A stretch of 64,000 nt of DNA, taken from assembly GCA_024276605.1 (NCBI GenBank), contig JAJRWX010000020.1:4512-68511 (forward strand). Direction: 5' to 3'. The notes under the pieces were generated by a model. That model saw nothing but the letters and a program-made list of their open reading frames with translations, made no database searches and was not told the origin of the DNA. This DNA comes from Planctomycetota bacterium. Its GTDB lineage: Bacteria > Planctomycetota > Phycisphaerae > UBA1845. The translations under genes were made by a program, and so were the position numbers. Every line of letters begins with the position of its first letter. Position 1 is the first letter of the stretch. Shown here piece after piece: positions 19,345 through 30,327 of this stretch.

Positions 19345-21612
19345 CTATTCAATACTCAGCAAAGTCCTTGGCGATCCTCGATCGAGCGAGGCCAGCTTCA
19401 CCACCTTGCGACTCGCTTCTGTGATCACAGACCATGATTCACCTTCTGGAGACAATATCGAATCCACATCAACATGCGCTAGCTCGATCATACTCCCGCC
19501 CAAATGAACCGCCGTCACCATGCGGCTCTTCTCACAAAATTCGTACATAACTTCCCATGTCGGGGCCGCCTGTTTTTCACCGTAATAAGGCGCCACCAAC
19601 CCCTGCACATCGTCGGGTTGATCTCTGCCGCTAACAAGATCGATCGATGTAACCTTTGCCTCACGAGCACACAGGGCCAATGATATATCGCCAAGCGCAG
19701 ACTGAGCCGTCACCTGCGCCCTCTCAGCGTCAAGCTTCCACGGCCAATCGGCCAAATGCCAGCGCAACGTCGCTCGATGATCTCCATCACCAAACAAATC
19801 ATCCACCACCAGCCATACGTCATCCGCCATGCCAATCACGCTACGCCGATGTAACACTCTCCAAGGCTTGCGATCGTAATCGCTGCGTTCGCCCTCCATC
19901 CACGCCAGACCACTATCATTAACATAGTGATGTTTGATCCGCCCACTCAGCCAGGGTAGCATCAAAAATCTCGATACAAATTCCGCAGGTTCATTATCAT
20001 CTATCTCAATCGTATTATGCGCTTTAGTGGACTTGAAGTATTGCGCCACGTCACCCCGACCGGGTGTATAGTACAAATACGATCCAGCATCTTGAAAAAC
20101 ATTGTGCCCCTGCCACCAAAGGTCCACATGCAACTGATCGCAATGCCCAGGTCTATCCCGATACGTATGGCACCGCATCATGGCCCACGAAGCCTCTTTT
20201 CTCAGCGTAAAATATCCGCCCTCTTCAAACGCCGTCGATCCAACGCGCTCAACTTTTGTACACTCGCCAGCCAATGCCTCCGTCGCTTCATCACCGAACA
20301 ACCAGTACACATCCTCATCCCACAATCCTGCCGGGAGCCATCTTTCACGATGCACCAGAAAATGTACCGCCTGCAATACGGGACGATAATCGGTAAAATC
20401 ACATTCATTTAGTGGTAGTACCAATGACCCGTCGTTGTTTCCATAGTTAGGTGCGCGACCATGATTTTCATCCATCATGGCATGCAAAAATGTCTTGGCC
20501 TTATCCAATCGCTCGTAGATATCACGTTCAAATGGCTCGTTGGCCAGTTCTGCCACACGCAACGCAACCAAGCTCACCTGCAACATCACCCGGTGGTAGT
20601 TAAACGAATGTTGGATGTAACTACCGTCGTCGTAAATCTGCATCCGCAGTTGATCGGTCAATACGCGCCGCCCTAAGCGCCGCCATGGCGGTGATGATTG
20701 AAATTCCGGGAATAAATACCCAATCAACATCAACCCACAAGCCTCAGACAATGCATGATTATTCTTCTGCGATATGGCATAATCGATATGATGCTCGATG
20801 CGATATCCCGTCGCCCAGGCCAGCTTCGCCATCTGCACCCAATGCTTAGGCTCCGCCTCATCTGCGAACGTCCAAAACCCCAGCAACATAGCCATCAAGC
20901 GCACCGCGCTTTCCTGCCCACATTTCCATTGAAAACCATCGAAAGGCTGATTCCCATCCATCCACGAATCTACCCACCGCCAAAATTCAACTGCGTGCGT
21001 TGGATCCCCATCACGCACCGCACACCGCGCTAGATCATAAGCCCACGCTGCTCGTGAAGGCTCCCACATGACTCGCGCATCCCCTAATGCCTCATCAAAG
21101 AAGGGCAAATCAGACCACAGTCGATCCTTGGCACTACTTCCACCTGTAAACGGATTAGTATGCCAATCATTTTTTTCCGGAGAAGGTGTATGAAAAAAAT
21201 ACACGCACCGATTCTCACGTAGCAGCGCTACACGTTCTTCCAACGACGGTGAACGATCCCCCGCAGCCTCTATAACATGCTCAATTAACTTCGGGGGTTG
21301 ACCCAGTGGGAAGAAAAAGGGGAGCGATTGCCCGCGCTTCAGCGCCGTATATCCCTCATCATCGGTATCCACACCAGCCTCACACAGCTCGCTAAGCCTG
21401 ATGGTATGCCAAGGTTGGCGCCGGAACACCCGCCGAGTTAGCCCCAACCGATCTTTCATGGCTAAACCCAACCGCTGACTCAATAGTCCAGGACCAAAGT
21501 GCTTGAGCAAATAATATGTTTTCAACAAGAAATTCATCAACGCCTCAAGAACCGCCAGGAACGCCCACGCCCGCCATGCCAAGCAGGCCCAATTAACGCT
21601 TCCAATCGACAT
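19345..21612 (-). CDS. Heparinase II/III-like (polysaccharide lyase-fold) protein
   Basis: 755-aa ORF with NNHALSEACGL, FNYHRVMLQ, GHCDQLHVDLWWQG and TKAHNTIEIDD, which resemble alginate-lyase/Hepar_II_III domains. Confidence 0.7.
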   Translation of the reverse strand: MSIGSVNWACLAWRAWAFLAVLEALMNFLLKTYYLLKHFGPGLLSQRLGLAMKDRLGLTRRVFRRQPWHTIRLSELCEAGVDTDDEGYTALKRGQSLPFFFPLGQPPKLIEHVIEAAGDRSPSLEERVALLRENRCVYFFHTPSPEKNDWHTNPFTGGSSAKDRLWSDLPFFDEALGDARVMWEPSRAAWAYDLARCAVRDGDPTHAVEFWRWVDSWMDGNQPFDGFQWKCGQESAVRLMAMLLGFWTFADEAEPKHWVQMAKLAWATGYRIEHHIDYAISQKNNHALSEACGLMLIGYLFPEFQSSPPWRRLGRRVLTDQLRMQIYDDGSYIQHSFNYHRVMLQVSLVALRVAELANEPFERDIYERLDKAKTFLHAMMDENHGRAPNYGNNDGSLVLPLNECDFTDYRPVLQAVHFLVHRERWLPAGLWDEDVYWLFGDEATEALAGECTKVERVGSTAFEEGGYFTLRKEASWAMMRCHTYRDRPGHCDQLHVDLWWQGHNVFQDAGSYLYYTPGRGDVAQYFKSTKAHNTIEIDDNEPAEFVSRFLMLPWLSGRIKHHYVNDSGLAWMEGERSDYDRKPWRVLHRRSVIGMADDVWLVVDDLFGDGDHRATLRWHLADWPWKLDAERAQVTAQSALGDISLALCAREAKVTSIDLVSGRDQPDDVQGLVAPYYGEKQAAPTWEVMYEFCEKSRMVTAVHLGGSMIELAHVDVDSILSPEGESWSVITEASRKVVKLASLDRGSPRTLLSIE

Positions 21613-21777
21613 TCAACACTGTTTACGATCTATCGGCCAACCACGATATTTTGCACCGCCCAAGCTGCCGCCTGCCGTAGTAACTATGAAACAGCCGATA
21701 TATCGCTCATAGTGCCCCGATTTGCGGGTATGATCTTAGATTACGTTTACACCGAATGTAACCACTGACGAGCAGAT

Positions 21778-23085
21778 ATGTCCCGAATTCTAAGGCTTTC
21801 TCGATACGCATCCTGGAACGCAGCCGATCAGGTCATCACCCTCGGCGTGCCCCGCTTGATTCTCTTCCCCATTCTAGGCGCTATGCTCGGCGAAGACACG
21901 TTCGGCACCTTCGTTATCGCGCTCGGCTTAATCAACATCGTCGGCCTATCGCCAAGCAACGGCCTGGTAGGTTACATCATTCGCGACCTCGTCAAACAAG
22001 ACGATTCATCTCAGCCATTACTACTGCGCACATCACTAACGCTGAGCCTTGCCACGACGCTACCCTTCACTTTATTTTTCATCTTCGGTGCCCAGCAATT
22101 ATCCGGGCTGTATCAAAACAATGCCGGCTTGATGCGACTACTACCCTGGTTGGGCGCTTATCTATTACTCACCAACATCGTTGAAACCTCGTTAACCATG
22201 CAACGTGTCCGACGAAACTTCCACATCTCAGCCCTAGTCCACACACTCCAATCAGCCGTGCTATTCTCGGCGATCCCGTTGTATCGTGCTTGGGGTGAAC
22301 AAGGCATAGCTATAGCCTACGTCATCGCAACGACTGCCGCACTAATCGCATCCATCTCATCCGAACGATCCACTTACCTACGCACGCCCATCTATGCCGG
22401 CAGATTCGCCAAAGCCGCCATGCGCGTCTGGCCGGCATTCTCTATCTCAGCCTTTATCTCCCTATCAGCCGGGTATCTCGACCGGCTCGTACTGGGCTAT
22501 TGGTGGTCGCCGGCTGTGGTCGCGCCTTTCTTCGCCGCCGTCAGCACAGCCAGTATGTTCGCCGTTCCCGGTGTTCAAGCATCGAATCTTATGCTCAGTA
22601 TGCTGGGCAAGTTTGAACGTAAAGATCAATTCGATAGGCGATTCTATTCTCGATATGCCTGGTTCATAGGTGCGTGGACCATGATGGCCTTTATCGTGGG
22701 CGTCTTCCTCGGAAGCCCCATCCTTACTCTATTATATCCGCGTTACGTCGAACAAGCGTTGCCGCTCTGGTCCTACGCCGTCGCCGCATTTGCCTTATCC
22801 AATGTGCCCATGCTCTGTCGTCCGTTTGTCTCCAAGTTTCTCAATCCCAATTTACTACCAGCCCTTTCTACCATCAGTTTGATCGCACGCATCATTCCGC
22901 TTGTCATACTTGTGCCCACCGGCGGTAAACACGGTGCAGTGCTGGCCCTGCTCATCGGGTCCGCCATCACAGCATTGGCGTGGCTGCTGTTATATTTACG
23001 ACACTTTGTGCTGGCGGTTGATGTTTCCCGCAAATCCATACCATCACATTCAAAGGAGGCGTCAAAAGTAGGATGTCAGCAATAA
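21778..23085 (+). CDS. Oligosaccharide flippase family (Wzx/MOP-like) membrane protein
   Basis: 435-aa multi-pass membrane ORF. The N-terminal SWNAADQVITLGVPRLILFPIL is typical of polysaccharide biosynthesis/flippase proteins. Confidence 0.65.
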   Translation: MSRILRLSRYASWNAADQVITLGVPRLILFPILGAMLGEDTFGTFVIALGLINIVGLSPSNGLVGYIIRDLVKQDDSSQPLLLRTSLTLSLATTLPFTLFFIFGAQQLSGLYQNNAGLMRLLPWLGAYLLLTNIVETSLTMQRVRRNFHISALVHTLQSAVLFSAIPLYRAWGEQGIAIAYVIATTAALIASISSERSTYLRTPIYAGRFAKAAMRVWPAFSISAFISLSAGYLDRLVLGYWWSPAVVAPFFAAVSTASMFAVPGVQASNLMLSMLGKFERKDQFDRRFYSRYAWFIGAWTMMAFIVGVFLGSPILTLLYPRYVEQALPLWSYAVAAFALSNVPMLCRPFVSKFLNPNLLPALSTISLIARIIPLVILVPTGGKHGAVLALLIGSAITALAWLLLYLRHFVLAVDVSRKSIPSHSKEASKVGCQQ

Positions 23086-23469
23086 AGCATCGAAGTCGCT
23101 GTAATGACTTCGGATATGGGAGGATGTTGTAGACGAAGACCCAGCAGTCGAACTGATCGATCGATCAGAACGGACTGACTTACCGAAACTAGATAGCTTT
23201 TCATTAACCATGAACCACACAAAGATTGATAAATGTGTCATACAGTAGCTCACATTTTGAATTGTACACAAAATCGAGTTCACGGCATAATAGGTTGGAC
23301 CGATAATTCTATGATATAAGCAGCGTAATGTGGCCGACCATTGGTCGATGTCATGTACATGATTTGCGCGTCGCTATGGCTTCGTAGCAATCTCGGCTTG
23401 CCGGGGATGAGCGCTCGATGTGAACAGGATGTTTGTCAGCCCTGCCCCTAAACCAGAGCCGGGCAGACC

Positions 23470-23889
23470 GTGATCGCCAGAGTATCGATATTCTCTGGGC
23501 CACATTACAAAATAGCGTTGCCGGATTGTTGCCAGCGGGATCGTATGTCTGAATTTGAGAAGCGTTTTGACATGAACCAGTTAATTCCCCGAGTTTCCAT
23601 ATTCCATTTACTGTTGATGGCTACACTAATATGTATTGGGGTGAGCAATGACAAATGCCGAGGCTTTGTGATTGGTTCTACCAAGGCAAAAACAGCCGGA
23701 CCAGCTAGCCCATCTTTCGCCATTAAAGTGAGTGGGCAACCACTTAAGATTTACTCAACATCATACGTATCGAATAAATGGATCACGGCTAACGTCTCAC
23801 AGCATGAACCCGGACTGAATCCGGATCACTGGGAACTACGAATCACCCTAAAAGATCATACACTGACGGAGATATGGTTTCCTTGGTAA
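23470..23889 (+). CDS. Hypothetical membrane-anchored protein, possibly the N-terminal part of the next ORF
   Basis: 139-aa ORF with one TM segment (VSIFHLLLMATLICIGV). It is in the same frame as 23905..25398, separated by a single TAA plus 15 nt. Confidence 0.4.
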   Translation: MIARVSIFSGPHYKIALPDCCQRDRMSEFEKRFDMNQLIPRVSIFHLLLMATLICIGVSNDKCRGFVIGSTKAKTAGPASPSFAIKVSGQPLKIYSTSYVSNKWITANVSQHEPGLNPDHWELRITLKDHTLTEIWFPW

Positions 23890-23904
23890 TCAAACGCCAC
23901 AATA

Positions 23905-25398
23905 ATGGGATCCCAATTGGGGAACGACATCGTCTATTCCACGTACCGACTCGGCGTTGTACATCTCGCTTCAACATTACCGGAAAATACTTGGTTGGGG
24001 CATACGTATCCGGGTGAAGCATTTGCGCCACTCGTCATCACCGCCGATGATTCAGACGGGCGCATCGTAGCCGCCGTAAATTGGCCTCCTAAGCGTGCCA
24101 GGGCGAGTTTCGCTCGTGGACGTATGGGTATTAGATATGCTGAAAATTTTAAGCCGCGTTCCGTTCATCAATTTCGAGCGATGATCGCTACCGCAACAGC
24201 TGATTCTTCTACATTGACAAAACCGTGGCACCTCTTGCTGGATCGATACAAAGCGTGGTTACAACCGCACATGCAGGACGCCGGGCTTTATCCCGTACAA
24301 TATCCTGATGCCATTCGTAACGCCCATGGGTGGATGCACGTCTCCCTTCATTGGTTGCCACAATTCGAAGTCGCTGATATTCGACGGCTATACAAACAAC
24401 ACAGCAACGTGTTCCCATGGATTCAGTTCTGGGGACAAATGAGCAACTACCAGCGAGACCCAGGAGAAGGCCGGAAGGGGCGAGCCATACCACCACTTCA
24501 GCCAGGTGAGAAAGTGGGTTGTTGCGTTGACCGACCCAGCGTTCACCACAGATATCTTCCCGAGCTGTCGCAAGTCTGCCGAGACATCACGGGCATCGGT
24601 GGTATGATCGGATTTTATGCGAGACCGAAGTCTCCCTATCAAGCCATGACAACTCCCGGCAGCGCCGAACTTCAATTCCTGACGAACTGGATTGATATCA
24701 ATAAGCGGGCAGGCGCCAATACGTTTTACTTGGATGTCCTTGGCGCCCGATACTTTGGTGAAGCACTGGATGTGGCCAAACTCTTCAAAGTCAAGTTTCC
24801 AAAAAATACGATTGTTGAATGGCCCGTGGATATTTACCCCACTTCGTTTCTTATTAGCGGATCGCTGTGGGGCGGCCCGAAGTACAGCACGCGTCCCGGG
24901 CAATCACCTTCATCGCTGTGCAAGGAACTCGACTGCATCACCTTTGTCAATTTCGGACGCTACCTGTTAGATGACCGGATCATGTTTTTAGGTCGGTCAA
25001 ACGGCGATTTTATGTGGTGGGGACACTACCGCAAATTCGATCATTGGACGGAGCGTCAAGCGTTTTTGTTGGGTGCCAAGTTCGATGCACCCACGAGATT
25101 CAAAGGTCAACGGGGGTGGATCGACCCGGTTAACCCCGTGGTCAAAAGTATCGTGCAAGAATGGGAGCGGGTAACGTGGTGGCAACGTCGACCGGTTTAT
25201 CATGATCAAGTTGGTATTTCGGATGTGCCTACGGGCATCGACGTCCGGCGGTTTGTAGACGAGGAAGGAATCAATCTATTTGTAGTGGACAACCCTAAAG
25301 CGTTATGGGGGCATGCCATACGTTTTGACGGTCGCAGAATTGCCCTGCCCGCCAAGCGGATAGCGATATTGATTGACAAAGTGGAACAAAACGAATGA
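23905..25398 (+). CDS. Hypothetical protein in a glycan locus
   Basis: 497-aa ORF with uninterrupted protein-like composition. I recognise no motif with confidence. Confidence 0.65.
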   Translation: MGSQLGNDIVYSTYRLGVVHLASTLPENTWLGHTYPGEAFAPLVITADDSDGRIVAAVNWPPKRARASFARGRMGIRYAENFKPRSVHQFRAMIATATADSSTLTKPWHLLLDRYKAWLQPHMQDAGLYPVQYPDAIRNAHGWMHVSLHWLPQFEVADIRRLYKQHSNVFPWIQFWGQMSNYQRDPGEGRKGRAIPPLQPGEKVGCCVDRPSVHHRYLPELSQVCRDITGIGGMIGFYARPKSPYQAMTTPGSAELQFLTNWIDINKRAGANTFYLDVLGARYFGEALDVAKLFKVKFPKNTIVEWPVDIYPTSFLISGSLWGGPKYSTRPGQSPSSLCKELDCITFVNFGRYLLDDRIMFLGRSNGDFMWWGHYRKFDHWTERQAFLLGAKFDAPTRFKGQRGWIDPVNPVVKSIVQEWERVTWWQRRPVYHDQVGISDVPTGIDVRRFVDEEGINLFVVDNPKALWGHAIRFDGRRIALPAKRIAILIDKVEQNE

Positions 25399-25415
25399 GG
25401 CCTGTTTATGTTTGA

Positions 25416-26870
25416 GTGGTCACAAAAAAAAGGCCTGAGAATCCTGCCATGATCGTAATGATTCATTTGGTCATCACGGCACTTTGCGCATTTGAATGTC
25501 TCTGCGCGTTGGCAAACATTCGCGGCAAACTGCCGAAGCTTATCATCTTCGGCGGGATGGGAATCATCCACGGCATTGTACCCGTACTTACACCGGTCGG
25601 CTTGCGTTGGTCGGGATTGAGCGAAAGCACCCACACTCATGCAGCGTTTCTGGCACTGATCGGTATGATCATGTTATCGCTAGGATGGCGGCTCTTTGAG
25701 CGGTTTCACGTTCAGTGGCCCGGGCTGTCCCCGGGGTTGCTCAAGGCCATCGAAAGCCCATCCGGACAACGATGGTTACGGCGAATATTCTGGACAACGA
25801 GCGTACTCAGTGTTACGGCCTGGCTGGTGAGTTTGGTGGCGTCGGCTGGATCATTGCAAGCGGCGTTGCATGCTGGACGATTTCAATATCGAGGCGAGGG
25901 GCAGGTGTATTGGCGTGCAATTTTGCAGCATGTGGCCAGTCTGATTGTCATGCCGGGGTTCGTATGTTTCTTTCTACCTCGGCGATATTGGTTGATCGGT
26001 GTTGTGTTTGCAATAACGGCAACGGCGTTCGTGTTCTGGTCAAGCCAGGGCGCACGCGGGTTGTCGCTCGGCGTGCTAGGCGGGATGGTGCTCGGATATT
26101 CTTTTCGTCACAAGTTCGCCGTTCACCGTTTTATACTTCTCGTAATATGCTCTGCGGCAATCGTATTACTTTCCACCTCTATGTACGAAGCGCGGAAGGT
26201 CATGGCGAAGGCCTCGTTCGGTGAGATAGTGGGAATTGTCTTTTCAGCGGAAACATATCGCGAGGCGCTGAGTCGTGACCCACTCAACTACCATCAAATC
26301 CTTGCGGCTGCCGTCGAACATTTCCCGAGGGACCATCCATACCTCAACGGGGCCACTTATCGCCGCATATTGATGTTCTATTTACCGCGCACTTATTTCT
26401 CGTCGATCAAACCAGCTGACACACATAACACATTTGCAGAAGTCGTCCAAGGTAAACGTACGACAAACACAATCCCACCGACGATGATCGGCGACGGGTA
26501 CATCAATTTCTGGGGATTCCCAGGTGTCGTGATCACCATGTTCATCAACGGCATCCTGTTCGCCTACGCGTCACAGAAGATGCGCGAGCATATGCTTTTT
26601 TTCCTCGTGTTTGGCGCACCGTTTATTCGGCTAGCACTTCTTGCAATCCGTGGCTCACCCTATGAGATAATGGCCCTGTTGATTAGCGGTACCGTCCTTG
26701 TCTGGATGCTATCACTAGGAACAGGCCTGTCATTCGTAACCACGCAACAGATGATTAGAAAAACAAACTACGACGCTTCCTCACCGACACGTCGCACGCG
26801 ACCGAAACGGATTGGCTCGGGCAGCAAACGATCAAGACAAGGGTTTTTGGGTGTGGACCAGCGCGCCTGA
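25416..26870 (+). CDS. Multi-pass membrane protein, Wzy/O-antigen-polymerase-like by context
   Basis: 484-aa ORF with roughly 10 hydrophobic segments, located between glycan genes. The function is inferred from context only. Confidence 0.5.
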   Translation: MVTKKRPENPAMIVMIHLVITALCAFECLCALANIRGKLPKLIIFGGMGIIHGIVPVLTPVGLRWSGLSESTHTHAAFLALIGMIMLSLGWRLFERFHVQWPGLSPGLLKAIESPSGQRWLRRIFWTTSVLSVTAWLVSLVASAGSLQAALHAGRFQYRGEGQVYWRAILQHVASLIVMPGFVCFFLPRRYWLIGVVFAITATAFVFWSSQGARGLSLGVLGGMVLGYSFRHKFAVHRFILLVICSAAIVLLSTSMYEARKVMAKASFGEIVGIVFSAETYREALSRDPLNYHQILAAAVEHFPRDHPYLNGATYRRILMFYLPRTYFSSIKPADTHNTFAEVVQGKRTTNTIPPTMIGDGYINFWGFPGVVITMFINGILFAYASQKMREHMLFFLVFGAPFIRLALLAIRGSPYEIMALLISGTVLVWMLSLGTGLSFVTTQQMIRKTNYDASSPTRRTRPKRIGSGSKRSRQGFLGVDQRA

Positions 26871-26893
26871 GAATATCATAGAATTCGGAGACA

Positions 26894-28270
26894 ATGACAC
26901 AAAAGATGGTAGCTCCCGCATTACGACAAGTTTGGCGAAATGCCTGCCAGTCCGGCTTATCACCACGACTGCGCTCCGAAGCGGGTTGGGTGCTATGCAA
27001 CAAAATGGGCGAGTTTGGTCTTGCCTTTGTAGAACTGAAGTTGCTAGCCGCGATCATGGGACCGCTTGTGTTTGCGGAATACCGTCTCGTTTTGACCGCA
27101 TTGCTACTTCTCGGTCATGCCTTAATCATGCCGATGCAGCAGGCGTACTTGCGATACAGTCACACCGCCCACAACGAGGGGATGTCGCAGGCGGCTGATC
27201 GGATTGCGAAGCGCTGGTTGACTGTCGTAACGCTTAGCGTCGTCGTGCTCGCCGCTGTGACATCGAAACCACTATCTCATTGGCTCGGGTTACATCCTTG
27301 GACCCTACTAGCCGGCGGGTTTGTGTTTTTGGGGAATCGATGGCGAACGTTCACATTGCAAACTTTGGATTTCAACCGGCAGCGACGGATCGTAGCGATC
27401 CTCAACATCGGATTCTTGGCCACCGCATTAGTGACAGTCGTGGTGGTTTTACGCATGTCGTCCGTGTCAGCTAGTACGGCACTTTTCAGTTATGCCTCGA
27501 TCGCAGTCGTCTTCGGCATCATCGGATTAATGTACCTTCCGCGTCACGAAGCGGGTTCATCTGTGCCCGGCAAGAGCGGATTGCCTAATTTAATCCGACA
27601 GTTCGGCGTACCATACGCCATGCTACTCATCTTTCAATGGGTATTCACTTTCTCCGAGAGGTACATACTCGGCATTCAATTGGATTTGAATTCGGTGGGT
27701 ATTTATATCGCGGCATACATGGTCTGCGGTTTTCCGTTTATGATGGGTTTGGCCTTTATCAAAGGTTTTTTGCTTCCGATAGCCTATCAGCGCTCTAGCG
27801 ATACCAGCGACGCGGGGCGTTTTTGGTCGGCTAACGTAATCCTACTGACGGGCATAGCCGTATATATCGTTGTGGGCGCATTAACACTACCGATATACGG
27901 ACTCTTTGGCACAAGGATTCTAGAATTGATGACGAGTTCGGAATACACCTTGTCTACAAGCACGCTGGTTTGCCTAGCTGTCGCACGGTATTTTCAGTGC
28001 CTCGGACCGCTCCTCGAATCGATCTTCGCCGTACACAAGCGAGTCACAGGATTTCTAAGATACCGTTTATTAGGCGGCTTAGTGGTTATTCCGTTATTGT
28101 GGTTTGCGATCAATTGGAAAGGCGTGGATGGAGCGGCGCAGGGAATTCTCGCAGCCAATGTGGTATTCATTGTTGCCGTAACATTAGGTCCGGGTGGTTG
28201 TCTGGGTATGATTCAAACGGCCCGTCGCAACGCATCAAAGGCTACGGAACCCGAAACACGCGCAGTATAA
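26894..28270 (+). CDS. Second flippase-family (MOP/Wzx-like) membrane protein
   Basis: 458-aa multi-pass ORF with the same architecture as 21778..23085. Confidence 0.6.
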   Translation: MTQKMVAPALRQVWRNACQSGLSPRLRSEAGWVLCNKMGEFGLAFVELKLLAAIMGPLVFAEYRLVLTALLLLGHALIMPMQQAYLRYSHTAHNEGMSQAADRIAKRWLTVVTLSVVVLAAVTSKPLSHWLGLHPWTLLAGGFVFLGNRWRTFTLQTLDFNRQRRIVAILNIGFLATALVTVVVVLRMSSVSASTALFSYASIAVVFGIIGLMYLPRHEAGSSVPGKSGLPNLIRQFGVPYAMLLIFQWVFTFSERYILGIQLDLNSVGIYIAAYMVCGFPFMMGLAFIKGFLLPIAYQRSSDTSDAGRFWSANVILLTGIAVYIVVGALTLPIYGLFGTRILELMTSSEYTLSTSTLVCLAVARYFQCLGPLLESIFAVHKRVTGFLRYRLLGGLVVIPLLWFAINWKGVDGAAQGILAANVVFIVAVTLGPGGCLGMIQTARRNASKATEPETRAV

Positions 28271-28273
28271 GTA

Positions 28274-29458
28274 TTGATGATGAAGTTCACTGTTCTCATT
28301 CCGGCGTTCTCGTATGCAGTAAAGCACGTTCGTCCGGGCCTGTCGTTGCACCTAGCCTGCCAAGCGTTGGCCTTACGCCGGGTCGCGGAGCCGTTGGGGA
28401 TACGCGTAGTCGTAGCATCAACGCCGGACGAAGACTCGCCGGGGCTTTGGGATCGGATACGCGATGCATTTGATGCTGAGGACATCTACCTGCTAGATGA
28501 CGGGTACACGTCGCTAGCCCAAGCTACTAGTGATCTCGTTAAACAACATGGTCGCGTAGTGGCTCATATTCAGGGTACACGGCAGTTGCGCACATTGGCT
28601 GGGCTGAGGAAGGAGTTTCCCGATCGTGTACGACTCGTCTTCACCGTACATTCATTTCGCAACGCATCCTGGAAACGACAGCCATATTCGTGGATTTTAT
28701 CACACATGCTGCGGCGTTCCGTCGATCATACGGTGTTTCTATCGCCGTACGCGATGAATCAATTTGTAAACCACAAAGCCGTGTTCAACGCCGGACGTGG
28801 CAGCATCGTCCCCTTGGGAATCGAATGGGACTGGGAACAAGGCTGCGAGAAACCGGACTTGAGTTTTCTTGATGAGAATGTACGAGGCTCTATCGAAGAT
28901 GAAGCGGCGTTCAACTTTGTTTACCTAGCAGCCTTTAAGCCCGGCAAAGGGCACGACTGGATGTTTCGCAGCATGGCGCCGGTGTTTCGTCGCCACCGCA
29001 ACGCACGCCTGGTTCTACCGGGTTGGGGAAGCGATCAAATTCAGACGTCGTTGCGTACTCTGGCGAGTCGCCTGGACATCGCATCTCAAGTTCTTTGGCC
29101 GGGCAGGATCAGCCGGCAAGACGTTGTAAATCTGCTTCGTTGTTGCCATGCCGGTATCATTCCGTCCCGATCAGAAACATTCGGACAGTGCATCGTGGAG
29201 TCTATGGCTGCCGGGCTTCCGGTGTTGGGAACGCGTAAAGGCGTGGGCGAGTGGCTCATTATGGATTATAGCACAGGTATTGGCGTCGGGTACGGCGATC
29301 AGGATGCTCTTGCCCGCGCGGCTGATTATTGTTTGACGCACCGGGAAGCAGCTTCCGCGATGGGCAAACGCGCGGCTAAGCTGGTAAGGTTGGCGTTCGA
29401 CTGGGATGAGATCGCGGCTTCTCACCTTCGGATTTATCAGTCTCTTTTTCAAGCATGA
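28274..29458 (+). CDS. Glycosyltransferase family 4
   Basis: 394-aa ORF with the GT4 region PSRSETFGQCIVESMAAGLPVLGTRKGVGEWL. Confidence 0.85.
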   Translation: MMMKFTVLIPAFSYAVKHVRPGLSLHLACQALALRRVAEPLGIRVVVASTPDEDSPGLWDRIRDAFDAEDIYLLDDGYTSLAQATSDLVKQHGRVVAHIQGTRQLRTLAGLRKEFPDRVRLVFTVHSFRNASWKRQPYSWILSHMLRRSVDHTVFLSPYAMNQFVNHKAVFNAGRGSIVPLGIEWDWEQGCEKPDLSFLDENVRGSIEDEAAFNFVYLAAFKPGKGHDWMFRSMAPVFRRHRNARLVLPGWGSDQIQTSLRTLASRLDIASQVLWPGRISRQDVVNLLRCCHAGIIPSRSETFGQCIVESMAAGLPVLGTRKGVGEWLIMDYSTGIGVGYGDQDALARAADYCLTHREAASAMGKRAAKLVRLAFDWDEIAASHLRIYQSLFQA

Positions 29459-30327
29459 GTCGAGATGAGGTTGTGGCTAGCATGAGAAAAACGGACTCAA
29501 TGATCTGCTTCGTACACGTCGAACGAGCGGGCGGTACGACGCTACACACGATCTTCCGTAACAACCATCCGTTCGGGTACCTGCCACTGACACCTCGTTC
29601 GATTTGGGCAAATGAGGATGACCATGTGTTCACGCTCACTCAGGCTCAAAAGTTCTTTAGGCTGTGTCCATTCGCGGTGGGATTCGGCGGGCACACGGTT
29701 CGAACCTACATTGATTATGCTTCAGTGTTGGGCAAACCGGTTCGTTACATCACTTACCTGCGCGATCCGATCGCACGGTATATTTCCCACTACAATTACC
29801 ATCGCAACGTCAGCGGGATCGATTGGACGCTCGATGCCTTTCTCCGTGAGAAGCGGCTGCACAATTTCATGACCAAACGACTCGCAGGTTGCTTCGACGT
29901 AGAACGCGCAAAAGAACAGCTTGAACAACGCGTAGCATTCGTCGGGCTTACTGATCGGTTTGATGAATCACTCCTGTTACTTCGCGCCGAGCTTGGCTTG
30001 CCGGAACTCAACATTTTCTACGAAAAACAAAATGCCAGTCGCATCGCCCACTACGAAAAAGACCCGGAGCTTCAGAAAGATGAGACGCAACAACGAATCA
30101 GAGAAGTCAACGCGTTAGATATCGAGTTATATGATTTCGCGAGGAACGAACTCTACGCGAAATACGTTCACCGATTTGGGCCTGGCTTAGATCAGGCCGT
30201 TGAGGATTTCCAAGAGGTCAACCGTACCTATACATTCAACAAAGTACGGAGATTATGCTGGTCGGCATTTCGGTATCTGGGCTACCGGAACCTGGAATAC
30301 GCGATACACAAGCTTTATCCGGTGTAG
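29455..30327 (+). CDS. Sulfotransferase family protein
   Basis: 290-aa ORF. 5'-PSB-like FVHVERAGGTTLHTIF and 3'-PB-like YITYLRDPIARYISHYNY. Its ATG overlaps the upstream stop (ATGA). Confidence 0.7.
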   Translation: MSRDEVVASMRKTDSMICFVHVERAGGTTLHTIFRNNHPFGYLPLTPRSIWANEDDHVFTLTQAQKFFRLCPFAVGFGGHTVRTYIDYASVLGKPVRYITYLRDPIARYISHYNYHRNVSGIDWTLDAFLREKRLHNFMTKRLAGCFDVERAKEQLEQRVAFVGLTDRFDESLLLLRAELGLPELNIFYEKQNASRIAHYEKDPELQKDETQQRIREVNALDIELYDFARNELYAKYVHRFGPGLDQAVEDFQEVNRTYTFNKVRRLCWSAFRYLGYRNLEYAIHKLYPV

